Source: Alkalispirochaeta sp. (lineage in GTDB: Bacteria; Spirochaetota; Spirochaetia; DSM-27196; Alkalispirochaetaceae). From it: 64,000 bases of DNA. This document shows positions 1 to 12,740 of the stretch, piece after piece (positions within the stretch are counted from its first letter, which is position 1; each line of letters starts with the position of its first letter). The position numbers were made by a program, and so were the translations under genes. Location: positions 2,848,001 through 2,912,000 of the forward strand of contig OZ271854.1 of NCBI GenBank assembly GCA_965601925.1, in the 5' to 3' direction. Under the pieces are notes generated by a model. It saw nothing but the letters and a program-made list of their open reading frames with translations, had not been told where the DNA came from and did no database searches.

Positions 1-2097
1 AGCGATGCGTATCTCGCGGACCGCGGTATCCGCGGCAGCTTAACCGTCTCCGGTTCCTGGGAGTGTGGTACCTTCGTCGATCGCGTGTATATCGATCCCG
101 ACGTCGAGCCCGCCGAGTGGGTGCCGGCGCTTACCGTGCTCTCCATCGATATCGAGACCGAGCTTCCCGGTGATCGCGTGTTGGCGATCGGACTTACCTG
201 GTTCGGCGACGGCGATCGGCGGAACCGCGAGGTGCTCCTCCTCGGCCCCGACTGCGGCGAGGAGTGGATAACCGCCTTCGACGAGGAGAGGCCGCTGCTC
301 GAAGCGTTTGTAGAACGCATTCGTGCCGTCGATCCCGATATCATTACCGGCTGGAACGTTATCGACTTCGATTTTCGCGTACTCTTCGATTCAATGCGCC
401 GCGCGGGAGTACGAGCGGATTTCGCCCGATCACGGAAAGAGGCGGCGTACCTTACCGGTGAGTCCGGCTCGGCGGGCCGGAACGCCGACGTATCGATCAC
501 CGGGCGTCAAGTGATCGACGGCTTGCGGCTCGTGCGCTACGGTCCCGAACGATTCGACGACCGCCGGCTGGAGAGCGTTGCTCGTCGCGTACTCGGCTAC
601 GGCAAGGAGGTCAGTGAGGAGACGAGCGACGAGAAGATCGCCGAGCTCCGTAGACTGTACCGGACCGATCCGGTCAAGTTCGCCTCCTATTGTCTCACCG
701 ATGCCGAGCTGGTGTTGGATATCCTGCGGGAGACGGGGCTCCTGACGCTGACGGTCATGCGAACGCTCCTTACCGGAGCCTCCCTTAACAAGGCGTGGAC
801 CAGCATTCACACGTTCGAGCTCCTCTATATCGAGGCGATGCACCGCGAGGGGTTGGTCGCTCCGACTACCGGCGTCGACGCCCTACCGCTCGGCGAAGCG
901 CCGGGAGGCGCCATTCTCACGCCGCACCCCGGACTGTTTCGGAACGTCCTCCTCTTCGACTTCAAGAGCCTCTATCCATCCGTCATTTTGACCTTCAATA
1001 TCGATCCGGTGAGCCTCGCTCAGCCGGTGGAAGGCGACGAGGAACGCTACATCGAAAGTCCGAGAGGGGGATTCTTTCGGTACGAGACGGGGATCCTTCC
1101 GCGCCTGTTGGAACGTTTCTTTCGCGAGCGCGCCGAGGCCAAGGAGCGCGGCGACACGATCGCGTCGTACGTCTACAAGATCATCATGAACTCCTTTTAC
1201 GGCGTGCTCGGCGCGCGGGGGTGCCGATTCGCCGGGAGCGTCCTCGCCGGTTCCATTACCGCCTTCGGCCAGAACATATTGCATTGGTGTCGCGACCGAC
1301 TCCGAGACGACGGTTATACCGTCCTGTACGGAGATACCGACAGCCTCTTCGTCCTCGCCCCGGACGGCGATACGGCGTCCCGGTCCGATGAAGCGGTACC
1401 GCCTGAGGCGTCTTCGGACGATCTCTACGCGTTGGGTGATCGAATCGCCGAGCGCTTGAACGGGGCCGTTGCCGAGTACGTCGAGAGGACCTACGACCGG
1501 CGCTCGCGGCTGGAGCTGGAGTTCGAGAAGGTCTACCGACGCTTTTTCCTCCCGAGTCTCAGGAGCGTGGGTGAGGAGGGCGAGGCGCGAGGACGCGCCA
1601 AGGGATATGCCGGCCTCGCGGTCGGTCGCGACGGTGAGGAGACGATTGAAGTAAAGGGTATGGAGGCCGCCCGGAGCGATTGGACCGCGCTGGCCCACGA
1701 ATTTCAGCGCGCCCTTCTGGATCTTATCTTTCACGGTCGTCCGTCGGAGGAGATCGCTGCATATGTGCGATCGTTGGCGCGGAGTCTGCGCGCCGGCGAG
1801 CTCGACGCGAAGTTACAGTACGCGAAACGGCTGCGAAAACCGGTTGCGCGATATACGCGTTCCAGACCGCCGCACGTCAAGGCGGCGTCGCTGCTACCGC
1901 CGGAGAAGCAGGAGGGTACCATTCGCTACTACATCACCGAGGCGGGGCCCCGACCGGAGGGGCTTCTCGAGGCTCCCCTCGACTACGAGCATTACGTCGA
2001 CAAGCAACTCAAACCGATCGCCGGCGCCTTCTCTTCATCCTTGGGGTTCGACCTCGCCTCCGTCTTGGACAAGCAGCAACAACTCTCGCTCTTCTGA
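1..2097 (+). CDS. polB: DNA polymerase II (family B), 5'-truncated by window edge
   Basis: Frame is open from base 1. Exo motifs SIDIET, ITGWNVIDFDF, YCLTD; polymerase motifs DFKSLYPS, KIIMNSFYGVLG, YGDTDSLF; C-terminal QLSLF clamp-binding motif. Confidence 0.93.
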   Translation, partial: SDAYLADRGIRGSLTVSGSWECGTFVDRVYIDPDVEPAEWVPALTVLSIDIETELPGDRVLAIGLTWFGDGDRRNREVLLLGPDCGEEWITAFDEERPLLEAFVERIRAVDPDIITGWNVIDFDFRVLFDSMRRAGVRADFARSRKEAAYLTGESGSAGRNADVSITGRQVIDGLRLVRYGPERFDDRRLESVARRVLGYGKEVSEETSDEKIAELRRLYRTDPVKFASYCLTDAELVLDILRETGLLTLTVMRTLLTGASLNKAWTSIHTFELLYIEAMHREGLVAPTTGVDALPLGEAPGGAILTPHPGLFRNVLLFDFKSLYPSVILTFNIDPVSLAQPVEGDEERYIESPRGGFFRYETGILPRLLERFFRERAEAKERGDTIASYVYKIIMNSFYGVLGARGCRFAGSVLAGSITAFGQNILHWCRDRLRDDGYTVLYGDTDSLFVLAPDGDTASRSDEAVPPEASSDDLYALGDRIAERLNGAVAEYVERTYDRRSRLELEFEKVYRRFFLPSLRSVGEEGEARGRAKGYAGLAVGRDGEETIEVKGMEAARSDWTALAHEFQRALLDLIFHGRPSEEIAAYVRSLARSLRAGELDAKLQYAKRLRKPVARYTRSRPPHVKAASLLPPEKQEGTIRYYITEAGPRPEGLLEAPLDYEHYVDKQLKPIAGAFSSSLGFDLASVLDKQQQLSLF

Positions 2098-2229
2098 GTC
2101 CATTCCAGTCGATGCGAGACGGGGCGCACTCCCGGGCGCAGAACGCGTGCGCTCGTCCGACGTGAGCACGCCGCGGATGTTTGCGCACTCTTCGAACCGT
2201 GCATTACACTCGTCGATAGGATGCAATTA

Positions 2230-4101
2230 ATGAAGTCGCTTACGGTTAAGATTGTAGCTATCCCTATGTCGATGCTTTTGATTATCGTTGTGGCGTCATA
2301 TGTGGCCCTTATCCCCTATATCCAAGACGGGTTGACCGATTCTCGCAAGCAAGCGCTGGAGTTTCTCACCAGCACTGCCTACGGTCTCATCGAGTACCAC
2401 GCCGCATTGGCGGAGTCCGGTGAACTGACCGTAGCGCACGCGCAGGAGCAAGCGGCCGAGTTGTTACGTGCGTTGCGCTACGGAAACGACGACTACTTTT
2501 GGATCAACGATACGTCCAGACCCTATCCCGTCATGATTATGCACGCGCTATCACCGCATCTGGAGGGGCAGGTATTGGACGACGAGGTCTTTAATCGTGC
2601 GTGGTACTCGCAACCCTTGGGCGTGACGGAGCGGAATCGGTATCAAGACAGAGATCAAAACCTATTCGCCGCCATGGTCGACGTCGTAGAGACGAACGGC
2701 GTCGGATTCGTCGGTTACGAATGGCCGAAACCGCTTGAAGGAGGGGGCGTTACCGACTTCCTCGTCCCCAAAGAGTCGCTCGTTCATCTGTTCGAGCCGT
2801 GGGGCTGGATCGTCGGCACCGGCGTATACGTCGACGACATCGAGGAGCGCACGTCTCTGGTGGGCCGGACGATGAGCGGTGTGTTGGGAGGGATCGCGGT
2901 AACCATGGTTCTCTTGTCGATTTTTCTGGCACAGATCATCACCAAACCGATCCGCGGCGCAACCGCGCAGTTGAGGGTGGTCGCCTCCGGGGGCGGCGAT
3001 TTGACGGGCCGTCTGCCGGTACGGAGCAAAGACGAGGTGGGAGAACTCGCCGATAGTTTTAACGAATTTGCCGACGGATTGTGCGGACTCATCGGCGGCA
3101 TCCGAGGCGCCACCGAGCATCTCACCGGAATCGGAAACGATCTCTCGACCAACATGGAAGAGACATCCTCGGCGATTCACCAAATCATAGCCAACATCAC
3201 CGAGATAAAGAAACAGAGCACTCGACAGAATACGAGTGTGGGGAAAGTCTCGGAGACGCTCTCGGAGGTCGATCGCGCGATCAGCGAGTTGAAGGATCGC
3301 ATGACCGAGCAGGCGGCATCGGTAGAGCAGTCCGCCGCCGCGGTGGAGCAAATGGTTGCGAGCATTCGAAGCGTATCACATCGCTTGGAGACCAACACCG
3401 AAGAGATCGAGCATCTGATTCGCGCCTCCGACGAGGGGAAGCGGAAGCTCGGGCAGGTCGCGGAGCTGATTACCACGATCGACGAGATGTCTCAGGGATT
3501 GTTGACCATAAACGACACGATCAAGACGGTGAGCGCCCGCACCAATCTATTGGCGATGAATGCGTCGATCGAAGCGGCGCACGCCGGCGAATTCGGTATC
3601 GGGTTTGCCGTCGTCGCCGAGGAGATTCGTCGCCTATCGGAACAGAGCGCCAAACAGTCGCGTGAAAGCAACGAGGTCGTGAGCTCGATGAAAAACGCGA
3701 TCGACTCGGTCTCGGAGGCGTCGGGCGACTCGGAACGGGCGTTCAAAAAGGTGGTAGTTCGCATCAACGAGATCGCCGACAAGGAGCGCGAGATTCGCGA
3801 CGCGATGGAGGAGCAGACGACCGGCAGCACGGAGGTGCTCGATGCGTTGCAGCGCATGAAGTCGATCACCGGAATCCTCCGCGACGAGTCGGAGCGTGTG
3901 AAGCAGAGTAAGAACCGAATCGCCGATGAGGTTCTACAGCTGGTGGAAATGAGTCAACAAGTCTCACAGAGCATGGAGGAGATCAACGTCGGCAGCAGCG
4001 AGATCAACAGTGCCGTGACGCATGTCGCCGAGATCAGCGTGTCCAACAAGGATAATATCAACGCGGTACGCGGGCTGGTCGACCGGTTCAAGATCGAGTA
4101 G
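2230..4101 (+). CDS. Methyl-accepting chemotaxis protein (TM-sCache_2-TM-HAMP-MCP signal)
   Basis: LRYGNDDYFWIND...YEWPKP...WIVGTGVYVDD Cache_2 pattern, HAMP (GDLTGRLPVRSKDEVGELA), signalling tip RTNLLAMNASIEAAHAGEFGIGFAVVAEEIRRL. Start could be 2221. Confidence 0.93.
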   Translation: MKSLTVKIVAIPMSMLLIIVVASYVALIPYIQDGLTDSRKQALEFLTSTAYGLIEYHAALAESGELTVAHAQEQAAELLRALRYGNDDYFWINDTSRPYPVMIMHALSPHLEGQVLDDEVFNRAWYSQPLGVTERNRYQDRDQNLFAAMVDVVETNGVGFVGYEWPKPLEGGGVTDFLVPKESLVHLFEPWGWIVGTGVYVDDIEERTSLVGRTMSGVLGGIAVTMVLLSIFLAQIITKPIRGATAQLRVVASGGGDLTGRLPVRSKDEVGELADSFNEFADGLCGLIGGIRGATEHLTGIGNDLSTNMEETSSAIHQIIANITEIKKQSTRQNTSVGKVSETLSEVDRAISELKDRMTEQAASVEQSAAAVEQMVASIRSVSHRLETNTEEIEHLIRASDEGKRKLGQVAELITTIDEMSQGLLTINDTIKTVSARTNLLAMNASIEAAHAGEFGIGFAVVAEEIRRLSEQSAKQSRESNEVVSSMKNAIDSVSEASGDSERAFKKVVVRINEIADKEREIRDAMEEQTTGSTEVLDALQRMKSITGILRDESERVKQSKNRIADEVLQLVEMSQQVSQSMEEINVGSSEINSAVTHVAEISVSNKDNINAVRGLVDRFKIE

Positions 4102-4141
4102 AGCGTCCGTTCCGTCGCCGGTACCCTCGCGGCGATACGCG

Positions 4142-6744
<2,603 letters not shown>

Positions 6745-6767
6745 GTTTCCGTCTACAATTGTGCCGT

Positions 6768-8264
6768 ATGAACGAAGTTATAGCAAACCTACAGCCTGAG
6801 GCGGTATGGCGCCATTTTAGCGCCCTCACCGCCATTCCTCGATGTTCCAAGAATGAGGAGGGCGTCCGCAATTATGTAATCAAGTGCGCCGAGGCGGTCG
6901 GTCTCACGTATCGAACCGATGCGGCCGGCAATGTCGTCGTCGTGCGCCCCAGCGCGGACCCTTCGCGCTCCGGCGCGGACCCTTCGCGCCCCGGCGCGGA
7001 CCCCTCGCGCTCCACCGTAGTCATTCAGGGCCATCTGGATATGGTGTGCGAGAAAAACATGGGGGTCGAGCACGACTTCGAGCGCGATCCCATTCACCTC
7101 ATGCTCGACGGCGAATGGCTTCGTGCTCGGGACACCACTTTGGGAGCCGACAACGGTATCGCGGTGGCGATGATGCTCGCCGTCTTGGAGCTCGACGACG
7201 ATCGTCTTCCGACGGTGGAGTGCCTTTTCACGGTCGACGAGGAGACCGGGCTCGTGGGAGCCCTCGGGTTGGACCCGTCTCTCATTACCGGACGCGTGCT
7301 CATCAATCTCGATTCCGAGGAAGAGGGTTTCTTCTGCATCGGATGCGCCGGCGGCCTCAACACGTACGCTACCGTGCCGCTGGTGTGGGAGGATCGATCG
7401 GCGGGCCCGGACGTCGTCGGTGCGCGGGTGACGCTCACCGGGTTGCAGGGCGGTCATTCGGGGGTGAATATTCACGAGGAGCGCGGTAACAGTATCGTTC
7501 TCGGTGCGCGTCTCCTGCATCGCATCCTGCAGGAGATCCCCGGCGTCGCGGTGTCCGATCTCTCGGGCGGTAATAAACACAACGCGATACCGAGGGAGCT
7601 GAGCATCGAGGTAGTCGTCGCCTCCGCCGAGGTTGAACGCCTCACCGCCGCGTGTCGCGCAATGGAGGCCGAGTTCGTCGCGGAGTTCGGAGCGCGCGAG
7701 CCGTCCTTGGCGGTTGCGGTCGAGACGATCGAGCCGAGTGGGCGCACGATCGCCCCGACTTCGGCGCGCAAAGTCGCCGATCTCCTGGTGGCCCTCGCCG
7801 ACGGGGTGTTCGGTATGAGCCACGACGTGGACGATCTGGTAGAGACGTCCAACAACGTAGCGGCGGTGGCGATTCGCGACGGCGATCTATCGATTCTCAC
7901 CAGCCAACGCTCCTCACGATCGAGCCTTATCGACTGGGCGTCGGAGCGTGTGTCGGCCGCGGTCAGGCTCGCCGGCGGCACGACTCGTTGCGCGGAGCGA
8001 TATCCGGCCTGGACACCGAGTCCCTCGAGCCCGCTCCTGAAGACGGCGCAGGAAGTCTATCGACGTATCGCGAGTAAAGAGGCCCAGGTGATTGCGATAC
8101 ACGCCGGGTTGGAGTGCGGCGTCATCGGAGACAAGTTGGGAGATATGGACATGATCTCCTTCGGTCCCGATATGGTCGGCGTGCATACGCCCGAGGAGCG
8201 CCTCGACGTGGGATCGACCGCACGCACGTGGGACCTCCTTTTGGAGCTATTGCGGGCACTGTAG
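6768..8264 (+). CDS. pepD: Aminoacyl-histidine dipeptidase (M20C)
   Basis: IQGHLDMVCEK, TTLGADNGIA, FTVDEETGL, INLDSEEEG, GGHSG, IHAGLECG, HTPEE. Start moved to ATG 6768. Confidence 0.93.
   Translation: MNEVIANLQPEAVWRHFSALTAIPRCSKNEEGVRNYVIKCAEAVGLTYRTDAAGNVVVVRPSADPSRSGADPSRPGADPSRSTVVIQGHLDMVCEKNMGVEHDFERDPIHLMLDGEWLRARDTTLGADNGIAVAMMLAVLELDDDRLPTVECLFTVDEETGLVGALGLDPSLITGRVLINLDSEEEGFFCIGCAGGLNTYATVPLVWEDRSAGPDVVGARVTLTGLQGGHSGVNIHEERGNSIVLGARLLHRILQEIPGVAVSDLSGGNKHNAIPRELSIEVVVASAEVERLTAACRAMEAEFVAEFGAREPSLAVAVETIEPSGRTIAPTSARKVADLLVALADGVFGMSHDVDDLVETSNNVAAVAIRDGDLSILTSQRSSRSSLIDWASERVSAAVRLAGGTTRCAERYPAWTPSPSSPLLKTAQEVYRRIASKEAQVIAIHAGLECGVIGDKLGDMDMISFGPDMVGVHTPEERLDVGSTARTWDLLLELLRAL
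6952..7013 (+). repeat. In-frame 21-bp tandem repeat x3 inside pepD (ADPSRSG/ADPSRPG/ADPSRS)
   Basis: Units gcgcggacccttcgcgctccg at 6952, gcgcggacccttcgcgccccg at 6973, gcgcggacccctcgcgctcc at 6994. Confidence 0.92.
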
Positions 8265-8272
8265 GAGCGTCG

Positions 8273-9979
8273 ATGGGCGGAACGACCTATGAGCGCTCGC
8301 ACGGGGAAACCGGCGAGACGCCCTTTACGATTCTCATCGCCGACGACGAGGCACCCATACGCGAGGGTATTCGCGATCGTATCGATTGGGATGCGCTCGG
8401 TTTCCGGCTCGTCGCCGATTGCGAGGACGGCCGCCAGGCGCTCGAGACGTTTCGCGTCCGGGAGCCCGATGTGGTGCTCGCCGATATTCGCATGCCCTTC
8501 TTGGACGGTATCGAGCTCACCCGCACGATTCTGGCCGAGCGCCCGCACACGCGTGTGCTCCTGCTCACCGGGCACGACGAGTTTGAGTACGCCCAAGCGG
8601 CGGTCCGTTTGCAGGTCTGGGACTTTTTGCTCAAACCGATCTCCTCAAAGCAGTTGCACGATGTGCTCGCGCGGCTGGCCTCGGAAATGGCCGAGGAGCG
8701 GCGACGCCGGAACGACGTCGCACGATTGCGTCGGCAGTGGGAGGAGAACCTGCCGCTACTGCGCGAGCGCTCCCTCAACGAGCTCCTTTTGGGCGAGGGG
8801 CCGATCGACGATGCACTCGAACGTTTGGACGATCTCGGTATCGCCTTCGATCGGGTGCGAAAACGCGTTGTGCTTATCGCGCCGGACCGCGGCGAGGAGA
8901 TGGATGAGGAGCGCAGCGATGGGCAGGAGGGGCGACGCGTCGACGGCGATCTGCGGATGTTGGCGCTCTCGAACCTCGTACAGGATCTCCTCGCGTCTCC
9001 GACCGACGCCGTACAGTTTCTGACCCACGACGAACGGATCGCCCTTGTGCTCTCCGGCGACGACGGAGACTTGACCGAGCGCCTCGACCGCCTGCGACGG
9101 CGCGCCTCCGACCGATTGGGGATCTCGGTGACGATCGGGGTGGGGCGGGCGTACGGACGCACCGCCGACATCAGGCGTAGCTATCACGACGCCGATCGCG
9201 CCCTGATGCAACGATTTCTCTTCGGCGGTAACCGTGTGCTTTCCGCCGAATCGTACGAGACGATCTCGGACGCGACATGGCGAGACCATAGCGCGTTGCG
9301 ATCGGAGCTCATGCAACGAATTCGTCATGTCGATCGACGCGGTGCCTACGATGCTCTGTCGCGTCTCATCGAGGACGCCCGTACCACGCGACAGCCGATC
9401 GAGCGGTGCATTCTTAATCTACAACGGGACCTTGCGCGGCTGTTGGACGGTATGGAGGAGCTGAATCTCGACCGCGAGATCGCGGCGCTGTCGCACAGCA
9501 ATCCCTTTGAGGAGCTTGCCGCGATGCCCACACTTGATGCGGTGGAGCCGTGGTTTGAGGCGCTGATCGGCCGCATGTTCGACTCATTGGAGGAGCGTAT
9601 CGGCAACCAGGCGGAGCTCAAGGTGCGCTCCGCACAAGCGTATCTCGCCGAGCGCTACAGCGATCCGGGCCTCAGTCTGACCCAGGTCTGTTCGGAGCTC
9701 TCGGTCAGCGTCAGCCACTTCAGCAAGAGCTTCAAATCCATCACCGGACGTACCTTTGTCGAGTATCTCACGGATGTGCGTATCGAGAGGGCCAAGGAAC
9801 TATTGGTAAGCGAGGGGAGTCGAGGTTACGAGATCGCACCGCGCGTCGGATTTCGCGATCCCCACTACTTCAGCACCATTTTCAAGAAGGTGTGCGGCGT
9901 TACGCCGACGCAGTTTCGCTCGCGATATGCGGGTGGTGCGGAGCGTGACGGAGCGTCCGAGGACTCGGACGGGAGCTGA
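8273..9979 (+). CDS. YesN-type response regulator (REC + AraC HTH)
   Basis: ILIADDE...PDVVLADIRMPFLDGIEL...DFLLKP; C-terminal SHFSKSFK...EIAPRVGFRDPHYFSTIFKK; AGGAG RBS before ATG 8273. Confidence 0.92.
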   Translation: MGGTTYERSHGETGETPFTILIADDEAPIREGIRDRIDWDALGFRLVADCEDGRQALETFRVREPDVVLADIRMPFLDGIELTRTILAERPHTRVLLLTGHDEFEYAQAAVRLQVWDFLLKPISSKQLHDVLARLASEMAEERRRRNDVARLRRQWEENLPLLRERSLNELLLGEGPIDDALERLDDLGIAFDRVRKRVVLIAPDRGEEMDEERSDGQEGRRVDGDLRMLALSNLVQDLLASPTDAVQFLTHDERIALVLSGDDGDLTERLDRLRRRASDRLGISVTIGVGRAYGRTADIRRSYHDADRALMQRFLFGGNRVLSAESYETISDATWRDHSALRSELMQRIRHVDRRGAYDALSRLIEDARTTRQPIERCILNLQRDLARLLDGMEELNLDREIAALSHSNPFEELAAMPTLDAVEPWFEALIGRMFDSLEERIGNQAELKVRSAQAYLAERYSDPGLSLTQVCSELSVSVSHFSKSFKSITGRTFVEYLTDVRIERAKELLVSEGSRGYEIAPRVGFRDPHYFSTIFKKVCGVTPTQFRSRYAGGAERDGASEDSDGS

Positions 9980-9982
9980 ATC

Positions 9983-11716
9983 GTGTTTCGTCTTCCCCGC
10001 GCCTTGGAGTCCAACAGTATTCAGATCACCATCGCCGTCTCCTACGCCTTGCTGGTGATCTTCACGGTGCTCTTTCTCGGTACGACCGCCCTTGTACTTA
10101 CTCGCGATGCCTTGTGGGATACGACTACCTACTACTCGGAGCAGCTCGTTGAGCAGGTGCGCACCGGGATCGGTAATTACCTGGGCGAGATGGACGGTAT
10201 TGCGACGGTGCTTCTGGAGGAGGATGCTCTACGAGACCTCGTTCTCGACCCGGGTCGCGACGACCTTCGAGACGATGTGCGGCGTATCTTCTCGACCGTG
10301 GCGAGAATGCGGCCCGACGTCAGTTTGCTCGCCCTCGCCGGTCCCTCCTTCCGGGCGCTCTTTCACGACGCCGATCTCGCCGGCAATCCGACCGTCGATC
10401 CGTTGGCGCAAGAGTGGTATCGCGAGGCGGTATCCGCCGGCGGGCGCGCCGTCTACAGCGGTGCGCGCGTCCAGAATCTCATTCGCGATCGATATCGGTG
10501 GGTGGTGAGCCTCGCTCGCGCTCAGGGCGAGGCGGTGTTACTCGTCGATCTCAACTTCCGGGTCATCGAACGGCTCGCCCGGAGCGTCAGGATGGGTCCG
10601 CGCGGCTACCTGTTTATCACCGATGCCGACGGGAGCATTATCTACCATCCGCAGCAACAACTCATCTACAGCGATTTGGTCTCCGAGCCGATCGAGCGGT
10701 TGTTGGAACCCGGCGTGTCGCAGCTGGTATACGACACCGGCGAGGAGCAGCGGTTGTATATCGTCGACTCGGTAGGACGCACCGGATGGCGTGTCGTTGC
10801 GGTGAATCCGGTGGACCAGCTCCTTGCGAGTCAACGACGGCTCAGGAGCTATTATCTCTCGTGGGTCGCCCTCTGTTTTTCGATCGTTATGGTCCTTACC
10901 GTGGCGCTCTCGCGCCGCATCTCCGGACCGATTATGCGCCTGCGCCGGTCGATGCAGGCGGTCGAGCAGGGACGATTCGATATCGATCTGCGTATCGAGC
11001 GACGCGACGAGATCGGCGCGCTGAGTCGCGATTTCGAGATTATGCTCTCGACGGTGCGCGAGCTGATGGCGCGCAACCGCCACGAGCAGGAGGAGAAACG
11101 GCGCAGTGAGATTAAGGCGCTCCAAAACCAGATCACGCCGCACTTTCTCTACAATACCCTCGACTCGATCGTATGGATGGCCGAGAGCGGCCTGGTGGAA
11201 GAGGTCGTCGAGATGACCACGAATCTGGGGCGTCTCCTTCGCCTGGGCATCGGGAGAGGTGACGCAATGGTCTCTCTCGGCACCGAGTTGGAGCACCTGA
11301 AGAGCTATCTCCGAATTCAGGAGATGCGCTACCGCGACCGGCTGCAGTTTCGGATCGAACCGGAGGAGGCGACCCTCACGTGCCGTCTGCCGCGGCTCAG
11401 CCTGCAGCCGGTGGTAGAGAATGCGATCTATCACGGTATCAAGAATCGCCCCGGAGGCGGAACGATTGCGGTGCGCACCGCCGCGCGCGACGGCTTTGTA
11501 GAGATAGCCGTAGAGGACGACGGCCCCGGTATCGATCCCGCGGTCCTCGATCAGTTGCGTCGGCATCGCGTCGAGCCGAGTCACGGCGTGGGTCTCAAAA
11601 ACGTCCAGCAGCGGTTGGCCCTCACCTTCGGCGAGGACTATCGTATCTCGTTCGACAGTGTGAATGGAGAGGGAACGGTCGTGACGATCCGTATTCCGTG
11701 GGAGGACGGGGAATGA
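9983..11716 (+). CDS. YesM/LytS-type sensor histidine kinase (dCache-HAMP-His_kinase-HATPase)
   Basis: ALQNQITPHFLYNTLDSI, LQPVVENAIYHG, VEDDGPG, GVGLKNV, GEGTVV; two TM segments. Confidence 0.93.
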   Translation: MFRLPRALESNSIQITIAVSYALLVIFTVLFLGTTALVLTRDALWDTTTYYSEQLVEQVRTGIGNYLGEMDGIATVLLEEDALRDLVLDPGRDDLRDDVRRIFSTVARMRPDVSLLALAGPSFRALFHDADLAGNPTVDPLAQEWYREAVSAGGRAVYSGARVQNLIRDRYRWVVSLARAQGEAVLLVDLNFRVIERLARSVRMGPRGYLFITDADGSIIYHPQQQLIYSDLVSEPIERLLEPGVSQLVYDTGEEQRLYIVDSVGRTGWRVVAVNPVDQLLASQRRLRSYYLSWVALCFSIVMVLTVALSRRISGPIMRLRRSMQAVEQGRFDIDLRIERRDEIGALSRDFEIMLSTVRELMARNRHEQEEKRRSEIKALQNQITPHFLYNTLDSIVWMAESGLVEEVVEMTTNLGRLLRLGIGRGDAMVSLGTELEHLKSYLRIQEMRYRDRLQFRIEPEEATLTCRLPRLSLQPVVENAIYHGIKNRPGGGTIAVRTAARDGFVEIAVEDDGPGIDPAVLDQLRRHRVEPSHGVGLKNVQQRLALTFGEDYRISFDSVNGEGTVVTIRIPWEDGE

Positions 11717-12693
11717 TTCGACGTTTGTGGTTACCCATGGTGCTCCTCACCGCCGCGACCCTCGCGGCGATCGCGATCGCCGGTCTCCGGCGCAGCTACT
11801 CCGAGGACGAACCGCTTCATATCGTCGTCGTACTCAAGGCGATGAGTCCCCAGATGGAGTTTTGGCAGGTCGTACGCGAGGGCATCGAGACGGCCGCTCA
11901 CGAGCATATCGTCACCACCGAGGTCGTCGGCCCGTGGTTGGAGCAGCACGTCGACGATCAGATCGAGATTCTGAACCGCGTGATCGCGGACGAGCCCGAC
12001 GGCATCGTGTTGGCCGCGAGCGATTTCAACCGTCTCGCCCATCCGGTTCATTCCGCGACCGAGGCCGGTATTCCGGTGGTCACCGTCGACTCTCACGTGG
12101 CGGAGGCGCACGTCGTCTCTTTCGTGGGTACCAACAACGTCGAGGCGGGGCGCCGCGCCGGAGAGGAGATGCTCTCCCTGGTCGAACGTGACGCCACGAT
12201 CGCGATTATCAGCCACGTTCCGGGAGTCGCGACGGCGATCGAGCGCGAGGCGGGGGTCAGAGAAGCGCTCGATGCCCGTGGGGCCGGACGGACGGTCGGG
12301 CCGTTTTACGCATACAACGACGAATCGCGAGCGCGTGAGATCGTGGAGCGCCTGATCGATGTCGAGGTCGCCGTTGACGGCATCGTCGCGTTAAACGAGA
12401 CTTCTACCGTGGGCGTCGGCCGCGCCTTGGAGGGGTTGGGACTCCGGGGTGAGGTGATGGTCGTAGGATTCGACGCGTCCGCCGAGGAGGTGAGCCTTCT
12501 CGAACGCGAGGTGATTCATGCGTTGGTGGTACAGAAGCCGTTCAACATGGGCTATCTCTCCTTGGAGACGTTGGCTGCGGCGATACGGGGCGGTGAGGTC
12601 GATGAGCGGATCGACACCGGCAGCGAGGTCGTACGCGCCTCCAATATGTACGACGAGCGGGTTCAGCGCCTCATTTTCCCCCTCGTTCGCTGA
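11713..12693 (+). CDS. RbsB-like sugar-binding protein (probable sensory partner of the kinase)
   Basis: FWQVVREG, IPVVTVDS, VGTNNVEAG, VVGFDAS, LVVQKPFNMGY; ATGA overlap with the kinase stop; N-terminal hydrophobic anchor. Confidence 0.88.
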   Translation: MIRRLWLPMVLLTAATLAAIAIAGLRRSYSEDEPLHIVVVLKAMSPQMEFWQVVREGIETAAHEHIVTTEVVGPWLEQHVDDQIEILNRVIADEPDGIVLAASDFNRLAHPVHSATEAGIPVVTVDSHVAEAHVVSFVGTNNVEAGRRAGEEMLSLVERDATIAIISHVPGVATAIEREAGVREALDARGAGRTVGPFYAYNDESRAREIVERLIDVEVAVDGIVALNETSTVGVGRALEGLGLRGEVMVVGFDASAEEVSLLEREVIHALVVQKPFNMGYLSLETLAAAIRGGEVDERIDTGSEVVRASNMYDERVQRLIFPLVR

Positions 12694-12740
12694 GCCCGGC
12701 CCTGCGACGACTTCATCTCTCACATCCGGCGCGCGACGGA

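Noticed and set aside
2098..2229. Possible sigma28 promoter (GTCGATAG) and GC hairpin upstream of the MCP
   Set aside because: The -35 TAAA is not matched and the hairpin lacks a T-tract or a second copy; too weak to call.
6952..7013. Repeat considered as a CRISPR-like array
   Set aside because: No spacers, in-frame inside a CDS, and no cas genes.
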